From contig JARFYF010000057.1 of assembly GCA_030265395.1 (NCBI GenBank), positions 15,316,835 through 15,380,834 on the forward strand: a stretch of 64,000 nucleotides of DNA, in the 5' to 3' direction. The notes beneath the pieces were generated by a model, which saw only the letters and a list, made by a program, of their open reading frames with translations, was not told the DNA's origin and ran no database searches. Source of the stretch: Rhina ancylostomus. Lineage: Eukaryota. The position numbers and the translations under genes are program-made. This document shows positions 61,881 through 64,000 of the stretch, piece after piece; within the stretch, counting starts at the first letter, position 1; the number at the start of each line of letters is the position of its first letter.

Positions 61881-64000
61881 AATAACCCAATGAATATCTA
61901 GTCTTGTTTCTGATGAGCCACAAACACTGCCTCCCCTGCTCGGAACTGACTCCTTATCTCCATCAAAAGCTTGCTCGTGCTCACCCTTTTTTGTGATGCG
62001 CAGATCAGGAAGTGGAATCCAAGACACTCCTGAGCACAGAGGGTCTCACATAAAGCACATCCCCTACAGACACAAAAGGAGTCTCTCACAACTCTTCCTC
62101 TGAATGATACACTTTCATTGACACTCAGTAAATGAATACTGCTCACTGCTTCCTACTCCTAAAGGGCTTCCTCCTGCCCTCAAAGGCCACCATCATTACC
62201 AATGATAGCTTTGTTGCAACAGTGAGATCTAGAAGGAAATGATTTTGCAAAGGACTTCCTTATCCGATAAAATTCTTATTCACAGACACAGAACAGAGCA
62301 AGTCAATGACCCCAGGCCCAGGAATGATTTGAATGTCATCACTCTCAAGGCAAGGACACCTTGGATTGGACAGGGAGTAAAGCTCCCCCGCACAGTCTCA
62401 TCAAGCATTCTTGGGTGAGGGACAGCACAGGTTAGTCGACCAAATACAATCAGTGTAAAACTGCAGTGTGGGGGATACTGGACAAATTTTTCCACCACTT
62501 TTACTGGTGGGAAAGTGGGAGAGAAGGGAAGAGACTTTAATCTTCCTTTCTGCTTACTATAATCTTGGTGGACGTGCACAGGAAAACTTGATGGGGGAGA
62601 AAGAAAAAGCTTAATGTCATGGGGTGGGGGTATTGGATTCCATAGGGATTTTGGCACAGGTAAACCTTCTCCCCATCCTGTCCTTAGTTGGTTTGAGCTG
62701 CCTGGGTGAGACAAGTTTAGCTTTGAACCTTGAAAGGTCTCGGCAGTTTTCAGCCAATTTGGATGATGATTCCTTCCCCGCCGAAGAACTCAAGGTCCGT
62801 ACACAGAGATACAATGGTCCATGGCCTTCCCCACATTTCCTCATCTGCATTCACCTTTCCTTAGCTTTACATTTTGTTATTATTCTATCAACCTAGGGTG
62901 GGTATGTCTTTGGACCCCCATGGCCAATCCATCTTCTGTGGTAGCAAGGCCTCTCGCACCCATACGAGGGAGATGACTTGGTCTTTGGATAAACAGCCTC
63001 CATCATGTCTTCTCCTCCCCCCCACCAGTTCTTCACACTGCTGGTGCTGGAGGAGTTTGATGGAACTTTCAGTTCCTGGGGACTGCCTAGAGCATCTTCT
63101 GGATCTTGTACCGGGAACAGAACCCCACTTNNNNNNNNNNNNNNNNNNNNNNNNNNNNNNNNNNNNNNNNNNNNNNNNNNNNNNNNNNNNNNNNNNNNNN
63201 NNNNNNNNNNNNNNNNNNNNNNNNNNNNNNNNNNNNNNNNNNNNNNNNNNNNNNNNNNNNNNNNNNNNNNNNNNNNNNNNNNNNNNNNNNNNNNNNNNNN
63301 NNNNNNNNNNNNNNNNNNNNNNNNNNNNNNNNNNNNNNNNNNNNCTCCATCATTGATCCTGGGGATGTGCCAGCTGATGCGGCTGAAATGCTTGGCATAA
63401 ACTGTGTGGGTGGGTTCGCTACCCACGGCCACTACCTGTAGGATGATGGAGCTCATTGTGGTGCATTCAAAAGGATTTAGTGTCCATCACCAGTGAGGTA
63501 GTGGACAGCCTTGTGCTCCCTACCAAATCTCCCTTCATCCCCACTGGGAAACTCCAGGAATTCCTGAAAATAAAACAGGAGTTTCTACAATAAAAGTCCA
63601 GCTGGTCATTAACCAATGGTTGGAATTGGTGCTGCTTCAGAGATCTGTGCCACCATCCAAAAGGGGAAGTTGGTGGGGGGGCATATCCTCACTTGAGCGT
63701 CATCAGTTCACAGCATTCTTCACTGGGCTGAGGGAACAGGAGGGCAACAAATGGCTCTGCTCCCTCTCCACAGCAAGTTGGAGGTGATGGGATGAAGTAT
63801 TCTTGTCAAGAAGATAACCATAACCATTCTCAACATCAATGGCAGCAAGGAATATTTCTGTACATTTAACAATCTTCAGAGAAGGGGGATTTGAGGAGAT
63901 GGTTCTTGGATTGGGAAGGTGGTGGTCTCCATGAGTCACCTTCGTTCTAGTTCCAGGGTTATCCTGTTAGGCCCAACGTTTCTGCCAGAAATCTTGGGCA

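Noticed and set aside
26614-63456. Long ORFs in the track containing runs of X
   Set aside because: They are open only because N-gaps contain no stop codons
54213-64000. Search for a nested gene in the large MYO9B intron
   Set aside because: Only LINE/SINE remnants, gaps and low-complexity sequence found; no recognisable coding exons on either strand

Overview
Vertebrate genomic DNA with many short N-gaps, almost certainly from a cartilaginous fish (shark or ray): it carries HE1/V-type tRNA-derived SINEs, CR1-like LINE debris and short satellites of elasmobranch type. Two intron-containing genes converge tail-to-tail. (1) The 3' part of FKBP8 (FKBP38) on +: 7 coding exons from 19 to 6044 (FKBP-type PPIase domain, TPR repeats, C-terminal transmembrane anchor), poly(A) signal at 6363. 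(2) Almost all of the myosin-RhoGAP gene MYO9B on -: about 40 coding exons from 54212 down to the stop at 8174 (motor with the class IX loop-2 insertion, IQ motifs, tail, C1 zinc finger, RhoGAP), poly(A) signal at 7747. The large first coding exon lies beyond the window, so 54213-64000 is intron. Splice phases were checked by hand and join consistently, except for one unresolved link at 25919-27436 and one exon whose start falls in an N-gap. No new protein-coding system is visible. The most unusual signals are non-coding: three short local inverted duplications with about 350-450 bp spacers (one brackets a motor-domain exon), a GC-AG intron, frame-preserving cassette exons with RBFOX motifs, a possibly lineage-specific Cys/Pro-rich exon, and an intron in the IQ region that I recall being absent from human MYO9B. 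All comparisons with human or other orthologues are from memory and need checking by alignment.
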